Shown here: positions 37,269 through 47,902 of the stretch, one piece after another
Layout of the letters: each line of letters opens with the position of its first letter
Position numbering within the stretch: the stretch's first letter is position 1
IMG/VR virus record: IMGVR_UViG_3300042852_000025
Location: 8,557-72,556 of that record
Length of the DNA: 64,000 nt
DNA from: a virus
Taxonomy: Duplodnaviria > Caudoviricetes
Strand: one strand, 5' to 3'
The notes under the pieces: generated by a model
Told to the model about the DNA's origin: nothing
Databases searched by the model: none
The model's input: the letters and a program-made list of their open reading frames with translations, nothing else
Program-made: the position numbers and the translations under genes

Positions 37269-38072
37269 TTAGCTACCGCCGAGGGCGAGGAAGCCAGTTG
37301 GGTGGGTTGGGATGATGTTGGACAGGTGCGCCAGGTTGGCCCCGACGCCGTACTCAGCCGCTGCCGGCTGCAGGCATTTCAGGGTCATCGTGGTGCTGGC
37401 GAAGTCCGAAGCGTTGGTCGCGTACTCCAGGTTGCCCGAGATAGACGCTTTCCAGAAATTCCAGACTAATGGCCTACCGCTACTATTCTCCTTCTGAACG
37501 ATGGCCGCAGCCATGTAGTTCGTTTGGGAAACCGCACCGATCGCCACCTGCTTGGCGACAAACACCGGATCACCTACCGCCAGGTCGAACAGCAGCGGGG
37601 TGGCGGTGTCCAACGTCAGGGTGTTGGTCGACACCGAAGCCACGCGCAGGATCTGCACGGTCTCCGGGGTGTTGACCTTGTACGACACGATCAGGTCGCT
37701 GCCCGAAATGCCGGTACCGGCAACGAGGGTCAACGAGGTCGCCGCAGCCGAAGCGGCGGTGCCCACGGTGGTGGCCACGTCCGCGACAGCGGTGGTCACA
37801 CCATCACCGATCGCGATTTTCAGGTTGCGGCGCGAGTATTCGCGCAGCACGGTGGACACTTCGGCGGTTTGACGCACCACCGCGCTGTCCATCAGTTGCT
37901 TCGGAAAGCCGCCTTCCAGGTCGACGGATTCTTGGCCGATGGTGACCGAGCAGCTGTCGACCAAGCCCACGGAGTGGGTCTGGAGCAGCTTCATGGCCGA
38001 GGTCATCGGGCCGACCCTGAGTTCCGCGGTCCCGATCTGAAATTTGTTTGTGACTGGCGAGCCCAAAGACAT
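37269..38072 (-). CDS. major tail tube protein
   Basis: synteny; IGTAELRVG...GLV...LREYS..NL pattern; no sheath gene nearby. Confidence 0.75.
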   Translation of the reverse strand: MSLGSPVTNKFQIGTAELRVGPMTSAMKLLQTHSVGLVDSCSVTIGQESVDLEGGFPKQLMDSAVVRQTAEVSTVLREYSRRNLKIAIGDGVTTAVADVATTVGTAASAAATSLTLVAGTGISGSDLIVSYKVNTPETVQILRVASVSTNTLTLDTATPLLFDLAVGDPVFVAKQVAIGAVSQTNYMAAAIVQKENSSGRPLVWNFWKASISGNLEYATNASDFASTTMTLKCLQPAAAEYGVGANLAHLSNIIPTHPTGFLALGGS

Positions 38073-38076
38073 GGCT

Positions 38077-38802
38077 TTATCTCCTACGAAGTAGTTTGGT
38101 CATCTGTTCTTGCATTGCCTTGCCCAGCCTGATGGCCAGTGGTCGCATGAGCGGCCGTCGAACCTCGGTCAAAAACGCACGGTAAACACCGTCCTCCCTG
38201 TTCGTTCTGCCCAGTGGTTCCGGCATAGCCCCACGCCTACCCGCTTCAGCCCCCGCGATCAGCGCCCTACGAAGCGCTTGATCGAGGAAGGCCGGAGACA
38301 GTTTTTTGAAAGCAAGGGGGTGGTCCACTTGGAAATCCCCATTGCTCAGTAATTGGATGCGCGGCTTGGATTTGGTCATCCCCGCCTTACCGGGAACCCA
38401 ACCCGCAAAAGAGTTGCGCAAGGTCCCGGTGTCGAGCCAGAACACCCGGGGGCCGATGCTGCGCAACTTGCCTTTGTAGTTGCCCATTGCCCGTTCCCGC
38501 TTGTTCTCGCGCCAGTCAATGCTGAGCGGCTTCCAGTCCACCGCGACCTGCACATGCCGGCCGCCGGGCAGGCGCACCCGCAGCCGACTGCGTGGCTGGC
38601 TCGCGCCCTGGACCCCGTCGTTCAGCGCCTTTTGGGTATCCGCGAGCGCCGCCTGGTAGAAGTTGGTGCCGATCACTTCCAAGTCAGCCTGCTTGCCCTT
38701 GGCGCGCTCGGTAATCGCCGCCAGAACGCCCTTGTGTTGCAGGACCATGGCGCGCAGCGCGCCCTCATTGAGTTCAAAGCTGACGGTGGTGTTGTTAGCC
38801 AA
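38077..38802 (-). CDS. neck/tail-completion protein
   Basis: W.PLS..W...K and LDTGTLRNS motifs of virion morphogenesis proteins. Confidence 0.6.
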   Translation of the reverse strand: MANNTTVSFELNEGALRAMVLQHKGVLAAITERAKGKQADLEVIGTNFYQAALADTQKALNDGVQGASQPRSRLRVRLPGGRHVQVAVDWKPLSIDWRENKRERAMGNYKGKLRSIGPRVFWLDTGTLRNSFAGWVPGKAGMTKSKPRIQLLSNGDFQVDHPLAFKKLSPAFLDQALRRALIAGAEAGRRGAMPEPLGRTNREDGVYRAFLTEVRRPLMRPLAIRLGKAMQEQMTKLLRRR

Positions 38803-39268
38803 AGTTCACCGCCTTGCCCCGGATCACCGCGTAGCGGATACCGGATTGGCGATCGAACATCTGCGGTGAAATCTCGTTGGAAATCACCCGCACAAAACCC
38901 TTGCTGAATGCGTCCGCTGGCGAGGCGGTGGACAGGATGTAGTTGAACAGCTGGAACTCCTGGTCCGCCCGGAACACATCGCGGATCTGCGACACCAGGT
39001 CGATCAGCGCGTAGTTGCTCGGGTCGGCCACGGTGCGTGCCCCCACCGAAAATTCAATCTCGTACAGCGGCGCCCGCGGGTCCGGGACAAACGACCCGAA
39101 CTGCCAGAGCAGCGCCGGGCCTTGGCCCTTGAACGCGGCATCGGTTTGCAGCATGTCGTCGACTTCGGCCCACAGCAGGCCGGGGTACTGCCCCTGCAGG
39201 GCGGCACACTTGTCGGAAACCAGCTTGTCGATCGTCCCTTTGACGATCAGTGGAAAGTCTTCAGCCAC
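38795..39268 (-). CDS. putative tail terminator
   Basis: synteny and size (157 aa). Confidence 0.5.
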   Translation of the reverse strand: MAEDFPLIVKGTIDKLVSDKCAALQGQYPGLLWAEVDDMLQTDAAFKGQGPALLWQFGSFVPDPRAPLYEIEFSVGARTVADPSNYALIDLVSQIRDVFRADQEFQLFNYILSTASPADAFSKGFVRVISNEISPQMFDRQSGIRYAVIRGKAVNFG

Positions 39269-39866
39269 GGCGTTGGACCCTCGCGGCTGGGATTTCCAGG
39301 GATTGGAAAACCTCGGTGATGTCGAGCAGTTCGTTGTTATCCAACCGGCGCACGTACATGTCGGTGGTGGCGACGACGTTGCGCGGGAAATACACGGTGT
39401 AAATGGTGAAGTCGGTCAGCGGGAATTCCCGCGAGTCCACCGCCGAGTAGCGCGACAAGTTGACCCAGGTGTCAAACAACACCTCTTCGGCACCGGTCTT
39501 GCGCTTGGCCCCGGACTGCAGGGTTTCGACCACTTCCTTGCACACATGCACATGGAACGGCGCCTGGTGCAGGGCGAAGGTGGTGCCGTATACGTCCGCG
39601 CCTTCGATGTCCTTGTTGAGGCTTTCCAGCATGTACACCGTTGAGCTGTTGCCGAGGCGGATCACCGCATAATTAGCCGGCAAGTCCTGATCCCCGGCAA
39701 GGGTCAGGATGCGTTTGCGCTGCCCGAAATCGCGCTCGGTGATAAACCGGTCGTAGACCTGCAGGCGCCCGCGCAGGCCGGTATCGTCCCAAACGCTGGT
39801 CGCAGCGTTCCACCCCAGCAAGGGGGTGTGGGCAAAGCGGCCGAGGGCGCGGGCGAGGTCGGACAT
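39261..39866 (-). CDS. putative head-closure protein
   Basis: synteny. Confidence 0.5.
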   Translation of the reverse strand: MSDLARALGRFAHTPLLGWNAATSVWDDTGLRGRLQVYDRFITERDFGQRKRILTLAGDQDLPANYAVIRLGNSSTVYMLESLNKDIEGADVYGTTFALHQAPFHVHVCKEVVETLQSGAKRKTGAEEVLFDTWVNLSRYSAVDSREFPLTDFTIYTVYFPRNVVATTDMYVRRLDNNELLDITEVFQSLEIPAARVQRRG

Positions 39867-40345
39867 TACTGGATCACCTCGGTCACAGGGTCGGCACCAG
39901 GGGTCGCCACGTTGACGTAGTTGGTGTACGGCGCCACGGTTTGCGAACCGTCGACCGCACCCTGCAACTCGTTCTTGTACTTGGCCACCTTGCTGGCGGC
40001 CAGTTCCGCCACCTTGCTCAGGTCGACCTTAAAGCGGTCGAGCTGGGCCTTGCCGTCCGTGACGATCTGCGGCACGGCGAGCGGGCGGTTGGCGAATTCC
40101 AACGCCACGAACCACTGCGCGTACAGCTTGAGCCGGTCGGCGATCGCCTTGGCGGTGGTGGTCGGCGTGCCCGTGGTGCCGGCGGTGAACAGCGCGGCGT
40201 GCGTCGGCAACCAGCCGTCGAGGTCGAGGCTCAGTTCCAGGGCGACCTGCGAATCCACCATGTAACGATCAGGGCAGTCGTCCTGATCCACACCCAGGCA
40301 ACCGCGCACTGCGTCGGTGTTGGTGTACGAGCCGAGGGCGGTCAT
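39866..40345 (-). CDS. putative head-tail adaptor
   Basis: YT..DAVR..LGV N-terminus; synteny after capsid. Confidence 0.6.
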   Translation of the reverse strand: MTALGSYTNTDAVRGCLGVDQDDCPDRYMVDSQVALELSLDLDGWLPTHAALFTAGTTGTPTTTAKAIADRLKLYAQWFVALEFANRPLAVPQIVTDGKAQLDRFKVDLSKVAELAASKVAKYKNELQGAVDGSQTVAPYTNYVNVATPGADPVTEVIQ

Positions 40346-40602
40346 TAGGCTTCGCCAATCAATTTGGCGGCCATCTGAATCGCCAGCCAGCTGCCTACAG
40401 ATGGCGCAGCGTCAACCCGCACCGCAGCCACCGGGCTGTAGTGGATGTTGGTCACAGGGTCGGTGTAGCCGAACGAGGTCGTCGACTTGAGAAATTTTGG
40501 CCAGTCACTTTTTGCCACAGGCGCAGGTGCAGGTGCAGGCGCAGCGGCCGGTGCTTCGGCGTCGGTTGTTGCTTCGTCTCTTGGCTTATTAGGGCGTGTC
40601 AT
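40345..40602 (-). CDS. hypothetical virion-associated protein
   Basis: 85 aa with AP-rich linker, GGAG SD. Confidence 0.65.
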   Translation of the reverse strand: MTRPNKPRDEATTDAEAPAAAPAPAPAPVAKSDWPKFLKSTTSFGYTDPVTNIHYSPVAAVRVDAAPSVGSWLAIQMAAKLIGEA

Positions 40603-40672
40603 GTCTCTGCTCCGTGTGGGTTGAGGGGTCTTGCGACCCCCCGATTCCGATCACTTGCCTTATAACCAAACC

Positions 40673-41878
40673 TTACAGTGTGAGGGTCATCACCTTGAAG
40701 GCATCGGTATAAAGACTGTGGGTGATTTCGCCATAGTCCACACGGAACGCCGTGGCGCGACGGAGCACGAACTGCTCGATCGCGCTGTACTGGGCGCTGA
40801 TGTTGATCACGCGGCGCAGGGCAAAGCGGGTGTCGAGGCCAACGAACGTGTTGGTCGCGATCACACCGTCATCGACGATCAAAATCCGAGGATCAGGACC
40901 GGTCAGGCTGTCGACGGTGATGCCCTGGTTGAACGCCTCGGCTTCCTTGACGAACACGGTGTCGCGGGTCGGCTTGCCGGAGCGCGCCTCGATCGCCATC
41001 GCGGTGTCCAGGTCGCAGATACCGCCCAAGGTCATCATCTGGCGACGATTCTTGTGCATGTATTTGACCCAGGCTTTGTGCGTCATCTGACCTGCGGCAG
41101 TGATGCCGGCCGGGTCGAGCGAGTCAGCGGTAAAGCTGACCTTGGCGGTTTCACCGCGGTCAACGTCGCCGGCAACGATCGCCGCGATGTCGCTCTCAAC
41201 CATGCGCACACGCTCTTGGCGGGCTTGTGCGGTCATGGCCAGGTTCACCAGGTCCAGAGTCGACGCTTGCGCGGCCTGATCGGAAATCAGCAGGCCGATC
41301 GACTTGGTTGGGATGCTGTTCGAACGTTCCGAGGTGGTGATGCTCAGCATCACGTCCGGTTCAGCGAGCTGCGCGATCGGAGACGACGCAGTGCCTTGTG
41401 GACGGGTGATGTTGATAATCGGTTGATCGAACTTCGGCCCGGTCACGGTCTGAGTTTGAGCGATGAAGCTTGCCCAGGTGCCCAGCAGGTCACCGTAGTC
41501 GTCTCGCAATTTCGACTCGATGGCGCGCATCAGGATTTCCGGGTAGAGCATGCGGCCAGCCACGGTGTGGCGGTCGGAGCCGTCACCACGGGTGATCGAG
41601 CCGAGCTGAATGCCGGTTTCCAGCATTTCCTTCATGCTCGGTGGGCGCATGCCCATGCGGTGGTCAGTGCTGGTCAACATGCCGGAGTGCAGCATGGCCT
41701 GTTGGAGCACGTCGCCGTACTTCACCAGGTCGGTGCTTTCGCCGTACAGCTGGTTCAGGTGCTGCGAAAGGGACAGGCCCTTTTGCGAAGCTTCCGCGTA
41801 CATCTGTACGTGGAACGGCACCTCGATCAGGTTCCCCTCGGCGTTGCGCACCTTGAGGTTGGTTTGAAGGTCGCTCAT
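40673..41878 (-). CDS. major capsid protein
   Basis: 401 aa after protease and decoration genes; HK97-like organisation; GGGGGA SD; followed by GGGGTC-GCAA-GACCCC hairpin. Confidence 0.85.
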   Translation of the reverse strand: MSDLQTNLKVRNAEGNLIEVPFHVQMYAEASQKGLSLSQHLNQLYGESTDLVKYGDVLQQAMLHSGMLTSTDHRMGMRPPSMKEMLETGIQLGSITRGDGSDRHTVAGRMLYPEILMRAIESKLRDDYGDLLGTWASFIAQTQTVTGPKFDQPIINITRPQGTASSPIAQLAEPDVMLSITTSERSNSIPTKSIGLLISDQAAQASTLDLVNLAMTAQARQERVRMVESDIAAIVAGDVDRGETAKVSFTADSLDPAGITAAGQMTHKAWVKYMHKNRRQMMTLGGICDLDTAMAIEARSGKPTRDTVFVKEAEAFNQGITVDSLTGPDPRILIVDDGVIATNTFVGLDTRFALRRVINISAQYSAIEQFVLRRATAFRVDYGEITHSLYTDAFKVMTLTL

Positions 41879-41913
41879 TTCTATTTCCCCCAAAAAGCTG
41901 TGTGGTTGGGCGC

Positions 41914-42411
41914 TCACACGCGCTCAAGCAGAACCAGATCGCCAGCAACGCCGGTGCCCGAAATGATGCGGACCACCTGCCAGTTGTATGGGCTTGGCAT
42001 TGGGATCGTGGCTTCATCCGGGGCAGGTGTTGCATCGACCTGCACCACTACCGCTGGTTTTGGCGCCACCTGCGGATAGCCGGCAGTGCCCAGTGCGGTT
42101 TGGGTGTAGGCCACGACATAGCCGTTCAGCGTCACGGTTTCGCCGGTGCCCACTTGCGCGATCTTGCGACCGCGGCGCTGGACAGCACCGAAGCTGAAAC
42201 CGTCGTTGACAGTGCTCGGCTCGATCGCGGCGACAAAGCCCTCGATCGTGTCGTTGTCCGCGCACAGCACGTAGTTCTGTGCGGTGCCGCGCTTCACCGC
42301 TTTGCCGATGTCGTTGTTACCGAAAGGCGCGGACGAGCTGGCACCCAAAGCCGCCGAAACGGTGTCTTTGAGTGCGTCGGTTACGCTTTCCCCATACACG
42401 AAAGTAGTCAT
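41914..42411 (-). CDS. head decoration/cement protein
   Basis: DIGKAVK...LCAD...IEGFV pattern between protease and capsid. Confidence 0.7.
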   Translation of the reverse strand: MTTFVYGESVTDALKDTVSAALGASSSAPFGNNDIGKAVKRGTAQNYVLCADNDTIEGFVAAIEPSTVNDGFSFGAVQRRGRKIAQVGTGETVTLNGYVVAYTQTALGTAGYPQVAPKPAVVVQVDATPAPDEATIPMPSPYNWQVVRIISGTGVAGDLVLLERV

Positions 42412-42435
42412 GAATCTATCCCCCAAAGTGTTGTG

Positions 42436-43938
42436 TTAGAGCTTCACGCAGTCCGCATTCGGAACGTAGGCCTTGGTCTTCTTGTGGTCGCCAAGGTCGC
42501 TTTCGCCCGGTACTTCGGCCTGCGCGCCGATCTTCATCCGCGAGTTGAAGTCACTGAGCGTGCGGTGGTAGGTACCGATCAGGGTTTCCGCGCTCATGCC
42601 GGTGAAACTGGTAGGGCTACGGCTCAACGGCAATTCCATGCGGTTGATGGCATCCCCACAGATTTTCATCAGGGTGCTCATGCTGGCCGAGCGCTCCGAT
42701 TCACTGGCTTGCAGGCGCTTCACTTCGCCCCGGGCGTCGGCCAGATCGCTGGAGAGCGAAATGATTTTGTCCAGGGTTTGATCGGACAGTTGCTCAGCTT
42801 TCGCGGCAGGGACCGGGGCAGCTTCTGGCTCAGCTTTCGGATCTACCGGAGCCGGTTCAGCAGCGGCGGCGAGCGCAGCAGCTTGTTCCGCTTCCAGTTC
42901 AGCTTTGGTTTTTTCTTTCACTTCTTCGGACAGGGTTGGGTCAGCCAAGGCCAGCTTCTCCTGCATCCCCGAAGCGACGGCCGCTTGGCCCGCGTCAGTC
43001 AGTTTGCGCTTCATATCATCCACACCTAAGTAGGTTGAGGGGGTGAGTACAGAGACCTGTGGCTGTCGATCGCCCACCAGTTTCATCACGGCGGAAACCG
43101 CCTTGTCGAAGGTGGTGATGCCATCTACTAGCCCCACTGCTACGGCGTCGTCTCCCATGAAGACACGCCCTTCGGCAGAGGTTTCGATCAGCGCCGGTAC
43201 GGCGATGCCTCGGTGCGTAGAGACGTGCGAGAGGAAGAGGTCGTAGAACTTCCCCATGCGTGCCTCGATGTCGGCCTTGGCCTTGTCGTCCAGCTTTTCG
43301 TAGGGGGAGCCCAACGCTTTGAACTCGCCCTGGCGAAGCATGGTTACGTCGATACCCTGTTCCTTGAGCATTCGGACGTAACTGAAATGTGCGCTCACGA
43401 CGCCGATGGACCCGTTAACGGCCATCGCGGAGCTGAAAACTTTGCGGCCGATGCAGCCGACCCAGTAGCCGGCGGACAGCATCTTGGTGCCGGTGTACGT
43501 GTAAATCGGGAGCACGCTCTTATCGAACTCGGTCAGGAAGTCCGTCAGTTCGCCGATGCCCTCGGCGCTGCCGCCGTTGGTGTCGATGTCGAGCAGCAGG
43601 CCGCGGCAGCCGGACTCGGCCGCGACGATCGCGGCGTTGCGCACTTCCTGGTACGAGCACAGCCCGACATAGCGGTTGTAGAAAGTTTCCTTGCTGACCA
43701 TGCTGCCGCTGATGTTTAACACCGCAATGTCGCCGTGGCGGGCGAGCATGTAGCCGTACTCGGGGAACCCGTCGAAGGTTTCGTCTTCGTCATCGCCGCC
43801 GGCATACATCTTGGGGTCGAGCGCGGTCAGTTGCGTCAGGCTGGTGCGGGCGGACAGCATGCTGTCGTCGTCGCCATACCAGATGTCGCCGAGCTGCAGG
43901 TTTTGGCCACGGGGCGACTTGCTGCGTTTGGCGGTCAT
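42436..43938 (-). CDS. S49 prohead protease with C-terminal scaffold region
   Basis: LDIDTNGG, SAGYW, GSIGV and GRVFMGDDAV.VGLVD S49 motifs. Confidence 0.9.
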   Translation of the reverse strand: MTAKRSKSPRGQNLQLGDIWYGDDDSMLSARTSLTQLTALDPKMYAGGDDEDETFDGFPEYGYMLARHGDIAVLNISGSMVSKETFYNRYVGLCSYQEVRNAAIVAAESGCRGLLLDIDTNGGSAEGIGELTDFLTEFDKSVLPIYTYTGTKMLSAGYWVGCIGRKVFSSAMAVNGSIGVVSAHFSYVRMLKEQGIDVTMLRQGEFKALGSPYEKLDDKAKADIEARMGKFYDLFLSHVSTHRGIAVPALIETSAEGRVFMGDDAVAVGLVDGITTFDKAVSAVMKLVGDRQPQVSVLTPSTYLGVDDMKRKLTDAGQAAVASGMQEKLALADPTLSEEVKEKTKAELEAEQAAALAAAAEPAPVDPKAEPEAAPVPAAKAEQLSDQTLDKIISLSSDLADARGEVKRLQASESERSASMSTLMKICGDAINRMELPLSRSPTSFTGMSAETLIGTYHRTLSDFNSRMKIGAQAEVPGESDLGDHKKTKAYVPNADCVKL

Positions 43939-45386
43939 TGGCTCGCGCCTCCGGCTTTTTTCGGTTCGTTCGATTGCAGGGCGCGGCCCTGCGGGTCGGC
44001 GTTCGGGCTGGCGTCGTTGGCATTGATGCCGCCGCTGCTCCGGCGGAAGCCGGTGCCGGCGAGCGGCGGGGCACCCGGGGCGCGTGGGCCAGTGCCGAGG
44101 TCCCAAGCCGCTTCGTCGTCGGTCAAAAAGCCTTCGGACAACAGTTCAAGGGTCCGCGCCTGGCGCATGGTCTTGAACGCTTCCAGCTCCAGATCCGGGC
44201 GCAGGTTGATCGGGTCGAAGCGGAATTTGATGTACACGTCGGCGCCGTACAGGCGGGCGGCCAAGGTGAGAATGCGCGAGAGGTTGGTTTCGACCGGGCG
44301 GCGGGCGGCGTTGGCGATCTTGAGGAACACCAGCGATTCGGTGTTGCTCAGCGATTGCGAGCCCTGCATCCGCAGGCCGAGCATCGACGGGTTCGATTTG
44401 AGCGAGGTGGCCAGCAGGCCGGACAGGGTTTCGATCAGCGGCACGTAGTCGCTTTTCTCGCCTTGGGCCTTGAGCATGTCCGGGGTCACGGTGTCGTAAA
44501 TGACTAACGCATCCTCGGGGTTCATGCCTTTCAGGTTCTCTTCAATCTTGGACTTCACCGCATCGAGCGCTTGCTGCAACTTTTCCTTGTCCGCCTTGAT
44601 TTCAGGGGGCAGGGCGGCCATCACTGTCTCAATGGAAATCTTGAGCACCAGGCGGCCGTGGCCTTGGCGGCGCACGGCGCGGCGCATTTCTTCCAGAAAC
44701 TCGCCGTAGGTGTAGGTGTTGTTAACGCCGGCCGAGAGCATCGAGTCGGAATAGGCGCGGTTGGCCTGACGATGCAGCTCGCTGATGAACACCGTGGGCA
44801 CATCGAGCAGCACCGGGTCGCCTTGACTGCGGTTCTGCTGCGGCACCTTCTTCGCCTTGGGGCCGCTGCCGACGTTCTTCCAGTCGATCGTCTCAAAGGG
44901 AATGGTGTTGATCTTGGTCGGGAAGCGCGCCTTATCCAGCACCAGCTCTTGGCACAGGGCGCTGGTCAACACCACTTCCAGCAGGGACTGTTCCAGCAGG
45001 CTTTCAAAGCTGGTCTTGTCGCCGTAGCCCTGGCTGTAGTCAAACAGGGTGTCGAAGCCGGCGATGATTTGCCGAGCCATGAGGCTGCCGGCCAGATCGA
45101 ACTGCCCGGTTTGGGTGTTGTAGGCCTTTGCGCTGTAGCCACTCAGGGCGACTTCGACAAAGCTGAAGGCCGCCGACGAGAACGTCCCTTCGCGGGAATA
45201 CAGCTCGCGGATCGAGCCGATCAGGCTGTTCCGTGCCCGACTGGCGCTGATCGCTTCGTTGACCGTTTGGCGGTTATCTCGCGGCACAACCTGGTCCGCC
45301 CCGGCGCGATCAAAGACCGTTTCAGTCACGGCTTTGTTCACGAGCGAGCGCGGCAGAACAATAGGTTGCGAGATTGCTGAAGGCAC
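43935..45386 (-). CDS. portal protein
   Basis: 483 aa between terminase and protease; helical portal-like size and organisation. Confidence 0.8.
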   Translation of the reverse strand: MPSAISQPIVLPRSLVNKAVTETVFDRAGADQVVPRDNRQTVNEAISASRARNSLIGSIRELYSREGTFSSAAFSFVEVALSGYSAKAYNTQTGQFDLAGSLMARQIIAGFDTLFDYSQGYGDKTSFESLLEQSLLEVVLTSALCQELVLDKARFPTKINTIPFETIDWKNVGSGPKAKKVPQQNRSQGDPVLLDVPTVFISELHRQANRAYSDSMLSAGVNNTYTYGEFLEEMRRAVRRQGHGRLVLKISIETVMAALPPEIKADKEKLQQALDAVKSKIEENLKGMNPEDALVIYDTVTPDMLKAQGEKSDYVPLIETLSGLLATSLKSNPSMLGLRMQGSQSLSNTESLVFLKIANAARRPVETNLSRILTLAARLYGADVYIKFRFDPINLRPDLELEAFKTMRQARTLELLSEGFLTDDEAAWDLGTGPRAPGAPPLAGTGFRRSSGGINANDASPNADPQGRALQSNEPKKAGGASQ

Positions 45387-45505
45387 TTGTGTTGGCCCCC
45401 CAAAGGCCCGGCGGTTATGGTGAAACCCGCTCTTATTCGTAAAGCGTAGACGTGGTTTCCGAAACGGTGGTTGCGGAGGTCAAAAAACCCGCAATACTTA
45501 GGGGT

Positions 45506-47314
45506 TTACCGTTTAAAACCGGGTGGCAGCCACAGGCCGGTTTCGTCCTTTACGTCTTCTTCGGACTTGAGCCGCACCACCCCGAGGGTCGGGATGTAAG
45601 GCACATCCAGTTCTTTCGGCGGTACGGAAATGATCCGCCGCGCCACATCGGCGTAGCCCAGCGAGTGGGTGTAGTGGTCGTCCGCGGTGGCCACCCACTG
45701 CACGATGGTTTCCCCGGATTCCTGGTCGTGGGTCTCGATCCGCTTGAAGGCCCGCAGGTGGGCGCGGGCCAGCTCGTATTCCGAACTGTTCTTCGTCAGG
45801 CGCGTATGGCCTTTGTTGACCCGGCGCACCAGGTTGTCGTAGAGCGCGGTGCGGTTGACCGTCACCAGGCCTTCGACTTCGTCGCGGGCAATCAGTACGT
45901 CGAGGGTCTTGAGGGATTTCGCCGGGCCGGTGTGGTAGCGGCAGGCGTAGATCAGGCCGCCACCTTCCTTGACCAGGTGCTGGGCCAGCGTCGAGTCGGG
46001 GCCGGAGTCGACCACCCCGCAGACGCAGCCGAACAGCTTGAACAGCAGCATGGTGCGCTTGCCGACATAGTTATCACCGTCCTGGCGGATACGTTCCTGA
46101 TACAGCACATCCTCGCCGCCGCGATCGTTGGGCAGGGTGATCGTCAGCCAGCAGGTCTTGCCCACGTCGAGGCCGAGGTAGGTGCCCGAGGTCAGGCGCA
46201 GGCCACTGAACTCGGCGTCTTCGGGGCGCGGCATGTGCAGGGTGGTGGCGTAGTTGACCATTTCTTCGTCGAGGAACGACGACTGCGCATCCTCAAACGG
46301 TAAGCCTAATTTGAAGTTCACCCAATCCTTCTTGTTCTCGTACTCGCCGAGCAAGGCCAGCGTGCGCGCCAGTGGGTTGATCGCCGGCACGTCGATCGGG
46401 ACGACCTGGTAGGAGTGCTTGTCGGTGCGCTCGGGGAAGGTATGAATCCACTGCCGGCGGGCCGGGTTCATGAAGTCGCGGTGCTTGAGGCTGTGCCGGC
46501 ACAGCGAGCAGAGGAAGTAGGCATCTTGAATGTTGACCGCCGGGTTCAGCAGGTCGGAGCGTTCGAAGTCCCGCAGCGAGCCGTCGTAACCGGGGATGAC
46601 CACGTCGCGAAAGTAGTCGAGGGTCATGTACTGGTGGCAGTGCGGGCACTTGGTGGCGTAGTGCGCCTGGCTGCCCTTTTCGAACATCAGGTTGATTCCG
46701 TAGCGGAACACCGTGGGGGTGGAGAAACTGCGCTTGAGGCCTTCGCCTTCCTTGCTGTGACCAAGCCGTGAATCGAAGGTGGTCAGTACCCGCTGGTTAC
46801 AGAAATCCACTTCGTCACGGAACAGCGCCTGCGCCGGTACCGAAATCGCCGACACGCTGCCGAAGGTGCCGCTGATGTACAGAAGCGAACGACCGATGCG
46901 TTTTTGTTCGTTGTTGTTCAGATCCTTGTCGATCATCGCGCTCAGGGTCCGCGAGTCGGTCAACACCGGGTTGATCCGCCCTTGGGCGAAGCGCTTGGCC
47001 AGCGCCGAGGTCGGCATGATGTAGATGATCGTGATTTTCTTGGCGATCGCCATCATCGCCAACATCATGCGAATCCAGATTTCCGAGGCGCCGACCTGGC
47101 TGCACTTCTGCATCGACACGTCTTCGGTGGTGTCGGCCAGAATCTCCGGCTGGTATTCGTGTTCGTGAAAGGTCCACGGCCGGCTCGGGTCTTTCGGGTC
47201 GGTGGTGTGGTTGGTCAGCCACTTGGGAATGCCGCTGAAATCCCGGGCGTCATAAGCCTGCATGCGCAGGCGCTCCAGATAAACTTCCAGCTCGGGGCGC
47301 AGGCCACTGCTCAT
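45506..47314 (-). CDS. terL: terminase large subunit (lambda gpA-like)
   Basis: KCSQVGASE Walker A variant, DEVD, STPT, CPHC..CSLC zinc ribbon, GLDVG nuclease, DHYTH. Confidence 0.9.
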   Translation of the reverse strand: MSSGLRPELEVYLERLRMQAYDARDFSGIPKWLTNHTTDPKDPSRPWTFHEHEYQPEILADTTEDVSMQKCSQVGASEIWIRMMLAMMAIAKKITIIYIMPTSALAKRFAQGRINPVLTDSRTLSAMIDKDLNNNEQKRIGRSLLYISGTFGSVSAISVPAQALFRDEVDFCNQRVLTTFDSRLGHSKEGEGLKRSFSTPTVFRYGINLMFEKGSQAHYATKCPHCHQYMTLDYFRDVVIPGYDGSLRDFERSDLLNPAVNIQDAYFLCSLCRHSLKHRDFMNPARRQWIHTFPERTDKHSYQVVPIDVPAINPLARTLALLGEYENKKDWVNFKLGLPFEDAQSSFLDEEMVNYATTLHMPRPEDAEFSGLRLTSGTYLGLDVGKTCWLTITLPNDRGGEDVLYQERIRQDGDNYVGKRTMLLFKLFGCVCGVVDSGPDSTLAQHLVKEGGGLIYACRYHTGPAKSLKTLDVLIARDEVEGLVTVNRTALYDNLVRRVNKGHTRLTKNSSEYELARAHLRAFKRIETHDQESGETIVQWVATADDHYTHSLGYADVARRIISVPPKELDVPYIPTLGVVRLKSEEDVKDETGLWLPPGFKR

Positions 47315-47901
47315 TGCAGGTTCTCCAGCCGCACCCGCAGGCGTTCCAGGAACTGCTCTTTCAGCTCGTCCTTCAGCTCGACCAGGATGTCCACGGTCGC
47401 CGCTTCGACAGCGCGCATGCGTTCCATCGACATGATCCGGGCGTGGTTGTCCATCAGGGTCTTGATCATGATGTTGCAGGTGGTCAGCACCTCTTTCGCC
47501 TCCCGCACGTTGCAGCCTTCGCGCAAGTGGCCGTTGGGAAAAACGTGCTGCCGCAGGTTCTGCACCGCGACGATCTGCAAGCCCATTTCATCCGCCAGCG
47601 AGAAGTCGGCGCCGTAGCCTTGGCCGGTCACTTCCAGGGTGCCGGCGGGCAGGGCGGACACCAGCTTGTGCAGCTGCTCCTTGTTCAGGCGCGGCAGGAA
47701 GTCGTGGATGAACACGCTCAGACCGGTAGCGGTGCGGCCCATGTCGGTCTCGGCGAACATCGCCGAGCGCGGGCTGATGCCCACGATCGGGCCGTCCATG
47801 GCGTCCAGGGCGTCCGGCATCGGCTGCAACCCTTCGGCCTTGGGCGGTTCCGGCGGCGCTTTGAGCACGGCCGGCGCATCGAAATCAGACAATCTGCTCA
47901 T
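47311..47901 (-). CDS. putative terminase small subunit
   Basis: ATGA-coupled upstream of terL; helical C-terminus. Confidence 0.55.
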   Translation of the reverse strand: MSRLSDFDAPAVLKAPPEPPKAEGLQPMPDALDAMDGPIVGISPRSAMFAETDMGRTATGLSVFIHDFLPRLNKEQLHKLVSALPAGTLEVTGQGYGADFSLADEMGLQIVAVQNLRQHVFPNGHLREGCNVREAKEVLTTCNIMIKTLMDNHARIMSMERMRAVEAATVDILVELKDELKEQFLERLRVRLENLQ

Positions 47902-47902
47902 G

